A program made the position numbers and the translations under genes. The notes below the pieces were generated by a model. It did no database searches, was not told where the DNA came from, and saw only the letters and a list, made by a program, of their open reading frames with translations. A stretch of DNA of 64,000 bases from NCBI RefSeq assembly GCF_018977255.1, contig NW_024704749.1, forward strand, positions 16,864,001 through 16,928,000, read 5' to 3'. This DNA comes from Callorhinchus milii (Eukaryota). Below, one piece after another: positions 13,001 through 26,725 of the stretch; positions within the stretch are counted from its first letter, which is position 1, and each line of letters begins with the position of its first letter.

Positions 13001-16000
13001 AATAGCTAGCCCCTCAGTGTATCTTGTACTGTTTGTCAGCAGACTGTCAGATGACCAATGTTTAGTGAAGGGGTGTCCAAGTTATTGTCACATCCATCCT
13101 TCGGAGGAGACGTTAAACCGAGGTCTCAATGACGTGATAATATAATGATAATAATAATAATTCTTGCATTGGATATAGCGCTTTTCACATCTTCTCAACG
13201 TCTCAGAGCGCTTCACAGAATACGCTGCAAAGTGAATTGACTGTATATTTGTGGGCGAAACGCGGCAGCCAATTGCGCACTGCAGCGTCCCCACATACAG
13301 TCGTGGATTGAAAATGACCAATTTACTATTGTTTTGTTTTGGAGGGATTATTATTAGGCGTGTGGATGGAGTAAGGAAACTTGCCCAAGATTTCGCCCTG
13401 ATAAGGCGCTATATCAGATGCAAGGTCCTGGACATCTGTCTGTTCAGCTGCACGTTAAAGATCCCATAGCGCTATTCGAAAAGAGAAGGGAGTTTCCCTC
13501 ACTGTCCTGAACAACAAAGAGAGCAAGGATTAGTATTATTATTATTATTCTTAGGTGAAAAGGTTCCCACGTGGACACCTTTTAGACCGTATTCCACCCA
13601 CAACCCAAGAAAGGATTGCAATTGCTCTCCCACCCTCCCACCCACCCCCCCCCCCTTCATCTCGTTGCTGTGGGAAGTTGCTGGTCCCGATCAGTTTGCT
13701 TACCTAACTGTCACTGCACTTCAAAGTAACTCGCTTTCAGAAGTATTTTTTGATGTGACGAGCAGCCAAATCAAATATTATTAAAAGCAAATGCTCTGTT
13801 CACGTTTCCGTCAGTCAGTCTGCTTCAGAATACGGTCGCTCACCTCAGCCTTGGTGATTTTAAAAAAATGTAATAATCCATGCATTCGATGCGACGGCGT
13901 ATCCTGCCTCAAAGTGCTTCGCGGGATTTACTGCAAAGCGCAGTGACTGAATTTTATAGGGGAACACAGCAGCCAGTTTGTACACAGCAATGTCCCACAA
14001 AAAGCCTCGAAGAAAATGACTTCTTTTATCCCGGGAGATTGTTGGTCAGGACACTGAGACAAACTGCCTTTTTCTTTTTGTTCTTCAACGTCCGCTTGCA
14101 CAGACAGACAGGCACTTCTGTCAGGAGATCCTCATCTCACTTTCAAATCACTTCATGCCCCGTCACCTCCCTATAATAATAATAATAATAATCCTTGCAT
14201 TTGATATAGCGCTTTTCACGTCGGGAGGATGTCCCAAAGCGCTTCACAGAACACACTGTAAAGTGAATTGACTGTATATTTGTGGGAGAACGCGGCAGCC
14301 AATTGCGCACAGCAATGTTCCACAAACAGTCGTAGATTGAAAATGACCAATTTATTATTGTTTTGTTAGTTTTTTGGAGGGATTATTATTAGGCTCTACC
14401 CTACCTCTCTGGTCTGCTAACCCACTGTCTACCGTCTTCATTCAACTGGCTTGGACCTTTTCTGCATGTCCCTGGTCCTTTCCGCGCCACGATTGGCAGC
14501 CCGTGATTTCAGTTACTATGTCCCAAATTTCTGGAACCCCATGAATTCAATCCCCTTGGTCTTTACCCCCTCTTTGCTTGTCTTCAAATCACACCTGATG
14601 TCAAAAACTTTCCTCTCTGACCTTGCTTCGGACACCTCCCCTCTCTTTCCAGCTCAGCATTAAACCACATCACTGTTAAGTGCTCCGAGACGCTACGGGC
14701 ACAAAGGGCACGATATAAGCCGAGTTGACACTGTCGTCATTTTCATTGTTGTTGATCTTGTGACTCTTCCAATAAACAGTGCCTCAGGGACCTTATCTGC
14801 CCGACTGACATCCTTCTGTGCTGATGCCCAGTGTTAGTTCATAAGGCGTTGTTTGATTCTTATCACCTGATGCTAACCGGCAGCTTCAGGATTGAGGGTT
14901 ATGTGGATACTGGCAGATAATCAAACCCTGGGTGGAACAGGATAAGAAACTGGAAGAGTGTTGCTGTGCGAGGGAAGGCAACCTGCGGAGGAGGAATAGG
15001 GTAGGATGTGCGGATAGATTGCTAACCTGCGGATTTACTTGCTTTACGTTGGGGTGGGAGGGAAAAACCAGGGGCTGCCTTTACCCCCCCCCTCCCCTCC
15101 GCACTCTAGCGCCGTGGAAAACTGCACGGCCACATGCGCTCGGCGGTGTAAGAGTTAAATCTAGAATTAGTAACGAAAGATATGCAACATTCGGAGAGGT
15201 GCTACTTCACAGCAGCACATTCCCCGGTGCCAGTAATAACAGAACATCTATTTTAAAAGCCCAGCCGATCAAAGGATTTGGAGGCGCTTTTCGAACCGTT
15301 GCTCTTGTCACACGCGGTGTAATCTCAAGGACTTGGAACCTGGCTCGGAGGCGACATGCCTCTCTCATTAGCAGGAGCACTTTTTTTGCCCCAGTTTTAG
15401 GAAGGAGCAAAGCCCCATCTGGTACGCAGAAATCAGGATGGACGGCGCATTAAACACTAATAAACAGGAGGTGGTCTGGAATGCTGCGACAACTCAATTA
15501 AACCTCACTCTCTCTCTCGCTCTCGCTCTCGCTCTCTCTCTGTGTGTGCGCAGCGAGGTTTTTTGAACTTGATCTCGTCGACGTGAGGCGCTCGTCGAGA
15601 GAAGCCCAGAAGCTGACGGTGAAGCAGGGATTCCGTTCTCCGCCGCTTCTCCTTTACCTTTACTCCCCCTTCGTTGGGTTTCAGTGCAGTTCAGACGCTT
15701 CTTCAAGCCAAGTCTTCGCTGGGCAAATTTTCCAGTCCTTGTGGTTTCTTTTCTGCTTGCAGATCGGCGATCGAAACGGCGAACTCACAGCGTACTTGAA
15801 TGTGACTCAGCTCCAGTCTGCGCTGGGGATGAGCTCATCTCCAGAGGAGAGACAGTCCTTTCTCCACCACACACACTACGAAGCACAAGGTAGGTCTTTT
15901 AGAATAATTCGGTCACTCAAGCCACGACTGTTTGCTGCCGCGTTTCACCCGCAAGATACACAGTCCATCCCGCTTCGCAGTGTGTCCCGTGCAGCGCTTT

Positions 16001-19000
16001 GAGACGTCTCGAAGAAGTGATAAGGCGCTGTATCAACTGCAAGGATTATTATTACTGTTGTTATTATAAAAGCAAAACAGCTTGTGGAGCGGTTGACTTA
16101 AAAAATGGTGATTGTACCAGATTGTCTGAAACCTCAATCACTTCGAGTCTTTGCTGTGAACCCCCCCCCCCACCCCATTTTGGAGGACTGAGCTGTATCC
16201 TGTTGACACAAGCTGTTGATTTTGTAGGTGCGACCTGTAGCTGATGTGTTCCTTTGGATTTCAGAGCCAGGCGGTGCTGTAAAATACTGTTAAGAGAGAA
16301 ACAAAATGTTTTCACTGTGAAAGTTTTTTTTAAAAAACTGCGTTCAACCTAAGCAATGTAAAAATACATCAAGTGCACAAATGGTGGAGGGAGGGAAAGA
16401 GATATTTTCAAGCTAAGCAGCTAGAATCGATTTATATTTATACAAGCTCTTTCGCATCAGGAGGATGTCTCAAAGGACTCCCCACAGCTGATTGGGAGCC
16501 TGAACAGGGGGAGCTGGGAAGGGGAAAGGTGGTTGAAAGTGCAGTTGGAAAGGTAGGGAGGGACTGAGGGATGGGGACTCAAGAAAAGAATTCAAGAGCT
16601 GGTCAATCCTCTACAGTGTATCCTGCGAAACGACGACATGATAAGGCGTTATATCATATGCTAGGATTGTTGTTATGTGTTTTGAGATGCTATCCCCAGC
16701 GCTCTGAGACTATTCACAGAGTTCGACGCCTCAGTCTTGCGTGGAAAGCACTAAACGATTGCAGGTGGTTGTTGTTGTTGTTGTTGTTGATCAGGTGGGC
16801 GACATGAAGCCGGTTACTGTTTGCTGAGTGGAGCGAGTGGCCAGGGCAGGAGAGGGAGGATATTTGAAAGCGAAACAATCATTATCGTCACCTTGAATTC
16901 ATTTTATTTTTAATTGAATTTCTGGAGCCTAAATCTGGCAATTGTTTGTTGGTGAATAACATCATAACGCTCCCAGTGCCCTGATTAAGGATGTTTCGGA
17001 TGCCCATTCCCAAAGATAGCCCACGTTATCACCAACTGTGTGTCACAAACCAAGGCCCCCTCTGTCTGTCTGTCTGTCTGTCTGTCCAAGTGTAGGTTAA
17101 AGATTGATTGTATATCTGTTTCGCCTACAAATATACAGTCAATTCACTTTGCAGTATATTTTGTGAAGCACTTTGAGACGTCTCGAACACGTGAAAAGGC
17201 GCTATATCAAATGCAAGGATTATTAGTTATTATCATTATTATCGTTAACTACGTGTGTTCAAAGTCCGAACGTGGAGATTGAACTCACGGTCTTTTCACC
17301 CGGAGGAGAAAGTGCAACCGACTGAGCCAGGCTGACGCTCGCTGAATGCGTCCTTTGTGCTATGATTTCTAAGATTTTCTAAGTCATTTGTGAAAATCAT
17401 CGCTGTTTCGACTCCCCACCAAAAACCAAATATCACGTGATGCACAGGCATGCATATCCCATGACAACAGCCTTTCAAACCGTTCTTCCTAAGGCGAGAG
17501 TCGATCCCGTTCCAATTATAGTACAATCGTTGGCTCTTTTTTGACGTTGCTCTGATGGTGCCCTTACTGGCCAGAGTCTGTACACTGAGCTCAACCCTCT
17601 TTACAGGGCTTATTCTCCGCAGAATGAGGCCATTGTGCTTGTTACCACCAGTAAGAAAAAAAAATCGCCCTTTAACCAGAATCCCAACGAAACAAACATG
17701 ACTGGAGTCAGGAGTTTGTTTACAGCTGTGGAAATCGACCACAGAAGGCGGCTATTCGACTCAGAGTTCGTACCTGAGCTGACTTTCCGGTCAGGACACC
17801 GAGAGAAACACCCTTCTCTTTTCAAATCTTTAGCATCCACCTGAACAACACTTATTTTTCCTTTCCTTCAGCCGACTACACAGTACCAGCCTCGGTGGTC
17901 TGTCTCCTGATTCTCACAGTACATAACCAATCCATCTCGACTGAGCTTTGGTTAGCACAGAGTCTATATTCTCAGAGCTTGCTCATGCGGAGAGCTTTGC
18001 CATTTGTGGTTTTATCCTGTGCTTATGAGTAACACGGAGCGTAAAGAGCACATACTAAACTGATGGCTCTTTCAGGGAACTGGCACAGGCACGAGGGACA
18101 AAATAGCAGCTCTCTGTGATATTAAAAATACACGTGTGGAAGAGTTCTCAGTAGTTTGGGTTGGAGACTTTTAAACATGGCCTTGGGATTTCCGCAAGTA
18201 ACGACCCAACAGAGCAAAAACAACTGTAAGATTCCATGATACTATAAGAAGTCTCTGATGTGCTGTAATGACACCAGGTTTTGGCAGCAGAGATTGTAAC
18301 CCAGACACCTTCAGTTCCGCACAACATTTCAGGCCGTTGACCTTTCACAAGCCATCGATATTTTTACAGTGCCATCGTCACCTAGCTTTGGTCATGTATT
18401 GATGACCGACCGATTACTGGGAATGTTCAGCACCTGCATTCTCGTGCGAACCCGATCATTTCAGACGTCTATAATTTTATTTTGTTTAAGAACGGCGACC
18501 TCATGCTCATCCACGTTCTGCGCAGATATTAGCTAGCTGCAGAACTGTTTTATTACATCAATAGTACTATAATAATGTACATTCTCAAACGAGCCCACAA
18601 TGGATCCATTATCAGGGAGAGAGACGCTATACTTTCTACACAATGTGTCCAAACTCAGTGTTTTCCACACCGATAACTCAATTCAGCAATTTTTCTTCCA
18701 CAAATAACTTAATCTACTGCAGTGATACCAAATTCTCCTGAGTTATCTCTTCTGGAAAGAGCTGTGAAAGCAGATATACCATCACGATATCACGGTGAGC
18801 AGCACAGTGCGGCAAGGCTGGTTCTGAACAGGTTCTATTCCTTGAGCTCTGTTTTAAGGACTTCTCCTAGGGGGGGAAGGGAAATTACATATATATCGTG
18901 CCTTTCACGTCAGAAGGAGTCCCAAAGTGCTGGACAGTTAAGGGTTTGCCCCCGAGCTGGGGGTCGGAATCAAGAGGGGTTGAGAGTAGTTAAGGGTAGG

Positions 19001-22000
19001 AAGAGTAGGGAACAAGCCTTTTGCTACCTAGTTACTGATCACACCATCCCCATTAAACTTAAAGTGTGAGATAACTAGAATGCCACACATCTGCAAGGGG
19101 CTCCGATGTAGAACTGGAATTAGGATGGCTGGACACTGCACCCTCCCCACCCCCAAAAAGAAATCCAGTTGCGTCCATGGATGTGACTTTACCAGGACTG
19201 TCGAAAGTAGGGAACGAGATTTAAAGTTGCAAAGAAATTGAAATGAAGATAGAACAACTTGCATTTATATGTAGACGTCTCAAAGACACGATAAGGAGCT
19301 ATGCAAGGAGCATTATGATTATATAGTACCCTTCACGCACTTTACAGCACCACACTTTACAGTATATTCTGTGAAGTGTTTGAGACAGTTAATTGACTTT
19401 ACAGTATATTCTGTGAAGCGCTTTGCGACGTCTCGAAGACATGATAGGGCCCTATATCAAATGCCAGGATTATTATTTTTATTTTCATTATTCTCCTGAC
19501 ATGAAAGGCACGACATCAAATGTAAGGTTTAAGGATTGTCATAGCCCAGGTTGTCCTGATCCTCTGGCTGAGTTACTGAAAAAGTAGCAGATTACCAAAG
19601 AGAAAGAGAATTAAACGATTTGAGGAGCAAAACACAACTTGTTTGTCGCTGCATCTCCTCAGGAATTACTACTGTCGCCTGCAACCTTGACAGATTCAAA
19701 ACAACGCTGTAAAAATAGAATATTTAAAAAAAACAACAATGAGGGTTTTACATTCACAACGATATGATAATTGACCGTTCCGGGAGTTTGACTTTCACTG
19801 GCTGCAACGCTGTCTGCCAGAGTTTATCTCCTGAATAAACAAGCAATTTGCAGATTAGCAACAGCAATGGGGGCAATTGTGGTTACGCCTTGCAAATTTA
19901 TTCAGTGAGCTTGCTGATAATTCTGCACTGCTTATTAACTCGAGGCTTCTTTCAACCTCCAGGCGCAGATTAAGCCAGATGTCCGAAGGGGCTTCATCTG
20001 TCTATATCGCAAAGTTTGATGAGAAACCAAATTCCTGTGCCTTCTTGTCCTGGATTTACTTTAATCCCCATTTAGCATCTGATATAAACCTCTATTACAG
20101 TCCCTTCTAAGCGATCTCTTCTCATGGATAGACAAGAAATTTCTTCTTTATCCGAGATAAAGATATGGTGATAAATTGTGTCGATCCGAGCCACAAAGTT
20201 GTCAGTGATTGAAGTGCCTTTGAGCTGAGCTGCCACTCGTGTTGGCAGGTAGGTCACTGAGCTGTGTGAGGACAGAGAGACTTTTGTCAGTGACTGTTAC
20301 TCTCTGCCCAGTTTGATATTATCCCATTTACTACATACTTCCCTCTCTCTCTTCCTCCACACACACACACACACACACCAATGCATTTGAAAATTTGATA
20401 CCTGGGTTCATTATATGAATGATGGGTCAGACTCTTGTCAAGCTCTCCAGGTCGCTACCCTGGATGAGGGCGCTATATAAACCCAAGTTGTTGTTGGTCT
20501 AATGTAAAGAGCTCGATCTGCATATTAAGTACTCCGATAAACATAAAAATTGGAGCGTTCTTGGAACAAACAAACCTCTTAACCACACAGCGCCTAACCC
20601 TGCCAAAGCTGACATACGTTTTGCAGCTTGCTGTTTCTGCAGAAGATTCTGCCTGATCCTCAGAATTGCCTTGTCGCCTGGTTATGAAGTTCAGTACAGA
20701 TAATCAACAAAGCACTGCACGTAGGAAGCAAAGATAGGAGGCACAGGTACTCGCTCCGGAGGAGGGGATTAAATTGGCCCAGGGAAAAATTGGAAGAGAT
20801 ATAGTGGTGTTAGTTAATCATGATTCATGACCGAACAGCGTGAGTCAGTAGTAAATAAGGTTAAAACAGGATGCTGGCCCACATCGCCAAGCCATTTGTA
20901 TTCAGATACTTACAAGCCGTGCACAAGTTGTATAACCCTTTTGTCAGGTCGTGCCTGCAGTGCTGTGCACAGTTCTGGTCATCGTGGCACGAAGGGGTCC
21001 CTGGCACTCGAGCCAGCACGGAAGAGGACGATGAGGTTGATTCCCAGTGTGTCTACATGGGATGAGCTGTGAGGGACAACCAACATAAACTACGGCTTTT
21101 TATCTTTGAGAATAAATTTCGTCTTTATCCATGAAAAGAGTTAGCTTAAAGGGGACGTCGTAGAAGTATATAAGATGCGAAATGGGATGAAGGATAATTT
21201 ACAGTATATTCTGTGAAGCACATTGAGACGTCTCGAAGACGTGATGAGGCCCTATTTATCAAATGCAAGAATTATTATTATTATTATTAAAGTAAATCCA
21301 GGACAAGAAGGCACTTGATCCAAAGAGTAATGGAACAGCTGATTCGATGAGGAACGTTAGGGTGTGGATAGATTTGTAGGAGAGCAGATGGATTTATAGC
21401 AAAGAGTTCAGACTAGAGCAGCTGCTGGTTTCTGGAGCACCTGAATAGGTTGGTTGCAAATTACAGAACAAACATAGTTCGTGTGTGACTTAATATAAAG
21501 CCAATGGGATGAATTTTTTGCCAGCATGAACACCATAACTGGTGGTTTAATGAAATGAGTGCAAAACACAGCGGAAGTTTGGGGGAAATTGGGGGAAAAG
21601 ACCAGGAGGTGAATGAGCAGAGCAAAGCGCTACATCACATTTCCTGCAGAAAATAGGACCGGCTACAAGACTGACGCACGGAATATTGTTCTGTGGATTT
21701 CAGAAGCCGTCACTGGGTTTAACAATAATTCTTTGTTTGTTGAGGATTTATGTTGGAGTCCTGCATAAAGCAGCCTTTGATTGCTGTACTTTAAATGAAC
21801 TGTTGTTGAGTTTTTCATTGTTTCGCATTTTGGGTGCATTTGTGGAACTTGAAAGAGGGTGATGGGTTGTTGTGAAGAATCATTCAGTTGTGGCGATTCA
21901 GTGAATAATGGATTACCTGAACAAACTTACAATCATTATCCTGCCAAAAATTGCAAAGTGAATTTATCGTACCCATTATAGTCAGTTTACCAACCAGCTC

Positions 22001-25000
22001 AGATTACGTTCCTCTTAACCATATGTCACCAATAACTCACCCTTACCCTTTCTGATCCTGTTTGGTTGTTACTTAACATCCACGCCCACTACAATAAATA
22101 ATACCTTGGCTCTATCCACCAGATAAGAAGTGAAAAGGAGGATCAAAGGATGATTCAGAAGTAGAACTTGCATTCTTACAATACCTTAGAATATCTCTTC
22201 ACCGCTAACTGGTGTTAAGCGAGGTCCTCCAAGGTGTGTGTGCGATTATTATCAGAAACACTATTATTATGGCTAGCTGGAAGGAGAGAGGAATCAGACA
22301 TTCAGGCCATACACTAATTGGGGTAGGCCAGGGAACGTTATCTTTTGGTCAGCCGGGTGTCTGATGCATGTGGGAAACCCGTGCTGAAGAGAATCCCAAA
22401 CTAAAATGACTTCCTACACACGGAAAATTCTCTGTGTCAGGAGTAACATGCTCATTCCCTACCTTGCTTACCTACTTCCGGAGGTTATTCGGCACAGGTT
22501 GGAGACCCCTCTCCACCCCCTTACCTGTCTTGTTAAAAACGCTCCGAGGTGTTATCCTACGTGAAGGGTGCTGTTGTTGTTGTGGTTGTTGCAAATTTGC
22601 AAACTGGACACCTCGCAGCACCCTTCAGAGCGCCTGCAGCGGGTTGTACGGTTGTGAGGTCTGTAAAGCATTCAATGCAAAGCTGACTTTAGGGAGTTAA
22701 TGCAGTTTACTTGTGGACGCTTGTCCAGGAAAAGGGCTGATCTCAAAGCAGGGCATTGTATCCTGGACAGACTGGACTGTATATATTAAAAAAAAAGTAC
22801 CACTGGAAAGCAAACATCACAGGCCTGGTTTGGCTGCATCAAAGGCAGGAATCTGTGCTGGCCATTGTAAGCAATCTACGTCTTCACGGTTGCTTTGTAC
22901 ACATTTCCAAAAAGCAGCTTCGTGGCTTCAGGCTTTTTTGTTTGCGAAATACTGTACCTTTGTGTTTTCCTGAGGCTGTCCAGCTCTTGCCTCTGCCAAT
23001 TAGAGGCAGCACTGTGCTAACCGGGAAACGTAGCAATTTTCTGCACAGAAGTAGGGGTGGGTGGGGTGATTTCAGGGGAACGGGAACAAAATTGCAGGGT
23101 CATATATCTTGCTGCAGGACACCTCATGTTGGGACATTGAACTAGCCATCATTGAGATGTCTTGAAGATGCGAGGTAATGCATTTTGGTAGAAAGAATGA
23201 GTGGAGGTAATACAATCTTAAGGGGGGTAAAGGAACAGAGGTTCAGGTAAATGAATCCTTGAAGGTGGCAGAACAGGTAGATAAAGCTGTAAAAAGGGCA
23301 TATGGGATACCAGGCTTTATAAATAGGGGCATAGAGTACAAGAGTCAGGAGGTGATGATTAACCCATATAAAACACTGGTTAGGCCTCAGTTAGAATACT
23401 GCGCCCAGTTTTGGGCCCCACACACTTTTTTTGTGCTGTACGATTCTATGATTCTACGAAGGCGCCATATCAAATGCAAGGATTATTATTATTATTAATA
23501 TCCTTGTTCTGCTTCAAACTAGACTGCTCCAGACTTTCTCGGTGTCCTTGATAAAAGAACTACAACAACAACAACTTGCATTTTTAAAGCTATCCCCATG
23601 TCTTGGGGCCTCTTTACAGATGCTGAGTGCGGGTGGGGCGGGGTGGGGGGGGTGAGGAGATGGCTAGAGGCACAGTCAGTGTGGTAGTTTTTGGGTGCCC
23701 GGTTGAGACATCTTTCTGATGTGAAAGGCACTATAGAAATGTCAATTGTACTGTATGGGACTGCTGTCTTCCCATCTCCTGTGTGATTTTTTTTTACTGG
23801 CGGTGAATAGATGGCCTAGTTCATTTGGGTATCAATTAGATGCCGGTTCCTGAGGGGTTTGCTATTAATTGTCCTTTGGTATCTAATTTGAGGGATTATA
23901 AAAGAACACATCGAAGAGCTGCCAATTATAGTGAACCAGGAATGCACGATGAGGAGACAAGTGATCAAACTATATTTTAATATCCCTTCTCCTCTGCACT
24001 TGATGGAGAGCTAGATGGGCACTGGGACTGTGTGGATCCAAGATTAGTTTTGCAATTCCTGTGCGCTTCACTTGAGCTCCCGGCGCATCGGTGCAATGTT
24101 CCGATCAGAGAGTGTTCCATATTCCAGCACTGCCAGCCCTCGCCTCATTAACCACAGCCAGCGATTATGTGTGAAATTATAAAAGGTTAATGACACATAG
24201 TGCTTTGGGAAATTGTTTGTACGATTTCCTGAAATAGAACCCTTAAATATCTACTAAAGGGCGTCCCATTAAATGCCCATTCATGAGCCGGTATCTAGTT
24301 TTTCCAGCTGCACACTTGAGTTTTGTCTGGAAATTGGATGACATTTTATTGAGCGTTCGTTTTCATTCTGGACGTTGACGCAGTTTTTGCATCCATTTGG
24401 GTTGGTTTTGTGAGTGTGATTCTGGCTCACTTGGCATCACTCTCTTCTGTGAGTGAGAGGATGTGGGTTCAAAGTCCCCGGTCGGGACTATTCGAAAGGA
24501 GAAAGGGGTTTCTTCCTCCCGGGTTCCTGGCTAACAATCCCCTAGATACAATCCCCATGCTTAAGAATATTCTAACCAGGCTGTGTTTCATGTCACAATC
24601 TCCCTGTGTGTCTGAAGTGGAAGGTGGCTTGCTGTCACATGAGCCGGCACAGACTCATGGATCGAATGTCCTGCGTGAAGGACGCTATATAAATGCAAGG
24701 TGTTGTTGTTGTTTGTGGGGTGACAGAATCTTCCCTCCGATGAGAACAAGTATCCGAATGGTTGGGGCAGACAGTTTGGTTCTTGGAGGACACTCTACAC
24801 CAGCCGAGCTCGGACAAAAGCGAGTATTATTCACCACTGAATTGGCAAACGCAGTCAGTAAAGTCACGCGGATGACTGTGGTAGGAATTAGGAATGTCAC
24901 ACAAACACAGTTGGGGTTGGGGGTGGGGGAGGTGTTCAGGATAAAGGAGACTGAGTGTTGCTTCCTGCTCATAACAACAATAGATTAGATTTGTGAAACG

Positions 25001-26694
25001 CTTTTTATACTCTACTTAATTTGGAGTGCTCGATCCAGATGGGTGGGTGGGGGGATATCAAAAGTTTTTAACAACCCAGTCAGATGTCCTGAAATTTCTC
25101 ACTCCTTATCCTTAAAACAGTTGTCTTACAATTTAAACATCGTGCAAAATTTGGGGAAAAAATCTTAAATTCCAACAACAACAACAACAACAACAAGATT
25201 CCATTTATAGAGCGCCTTTCACGTCAGGAGGACGTCCCAAGGCGCTGCACAGTTGGGTCATGACCCGAGCAGGGGGGAAATGGTCAGGGTGAGGGGAGGG
25301 AAGGGAGGGAGAGAGGAGGGGGGAAATGGTCAGGGTGAGGGGAGGGAAGGAGCGAGGAGGGGGAAATGGTCAGGGTGAGGGGAGGGAAGGGAGGGAGCGA
25401 GGAGGAGGAAGAGAGTCGAGAGGGGAGCTGAAGGCACGGTCAAAGAGAAAGGTTTTGAGACCGGCCTTGAAGGAGGAAAGGGAGGAAGCGGCGAAGGCAC
25501 TGGGGGATGGAGTTCCAGAGCCTCGGGGCTGAGAGGCTGAAGGCCCGACCACCGATAGTAGGGCGGTTGGGGCGGGGGACGTGGAGCAGACCGGAGCAGA
25601 GGAACGGAGGTTACGGGCAGGTAGGTAGGGGATAGTAGGTTGGAGAGGTAGGAGGGAGCAAGGCCGTGAATGGCCTTGTAGGTGAGGATGAGGATCTTGA
25701 AATCAATCCTCTGGGGGATGGGGAGCCAGTGGAGGCGAGCGAGGGTAGGAGTGATGTGGTCCCGAAGCCTGGTGCGGGACAGTACACGAGCTGCAGAGTT
25801 CTGAATGACCTGCAGTGTGGAGGGAGGTGCCGGGAAGGCCGGCGAGGAGAGAGTTCCCATAGTCCAGCCTTGAGGTGACAAAGGCGTGAACCAGGGTTTC
25901 AGCAGCGTGAGGGGTGAGGTAGTGCCGTAATCTGGCGATATTCCGGATTTTGGGGAGCCAGTTTTCCATGGTGCTGAGAACACTCCTGAAATTCTGCACA
26001 GCCATGAACTCTTTTAAGCCGGTGAATTGGTCTTGAGGCTTAGACCACAGAAATATACCAGAATGACTGCAATGAAGTCAACCTGACATTCAGTGGCCCA
26101 GACTTAGCCCCGCTCTGTGCCAGCACATGGTGCCTTGGCTCATCTGGTTCAACTTGAGAGCCTATTTTGAGGGGTTGTTGTTCAAGGGCAACGGATGGAC
26201 ACAGCACGATATAGGAGACCATACGGAACCCACAGAAATCAACAGGGTCCGTTGGTATCGTTGCCAGTTACGTAATTCAAGGTTGTGTGTCTCATTGTGT
26301 TATCCAATGCGTCCAATATTTAGGATTTGTTACTGACTGATGACGTCTCTCTCTCCCGTAGTTATGCGCTGTGCAATTTTAGAGACTTATTTCAAAAGCA
26401 TCCACAGGGCAAACGGTCTCACCGTTCAGTCTGTTGAGTTCCGAGGATCTGATGCAAAATGAGTTTGGACCTTGTTGGAGTAGAGCAGAAAGGAGCTTTG
26501 CTCTGAGACACCAATGCAGTGGAACATAGAGGTTGCCAAGGGTTAATTTCCAGAACAGGAGCCAGGAAGTTTTTCTTTACACCACAGTTTTCTTTAAAAT
26601 CATTGGTGTTCACCTTTTGATATTGATTATGGGAGAAATGTCACTTTTTCAAAATAAATATATTAAAAGGGAGTTTTTTTATATATATATATAA

Positions 26695-26725
<31 letters not shown>

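Noticed and set aside
14143-14325. Recurring short ORFs such as [20 protein letters not shown] and [20 protein letters not shown] across the window
   Set aside because: They are translations of the SINE tail and its (ATT)n repeat, not a peptide gene family.
24410-24988. 192 aa ORF in GPSM1 intron 9 (also 14932-15453, 173 aa)
   Set aside because: No recognisable domain or supporting splice structure; the 24410 ORF is stitched from SINE/L2 fragments.
25330-26005. 217 aa and 100 aa ORFs as a nested host gene
   Set aside because: Frameshifted L2 reverse-transcriptase C-terminus, 5'-truncated.
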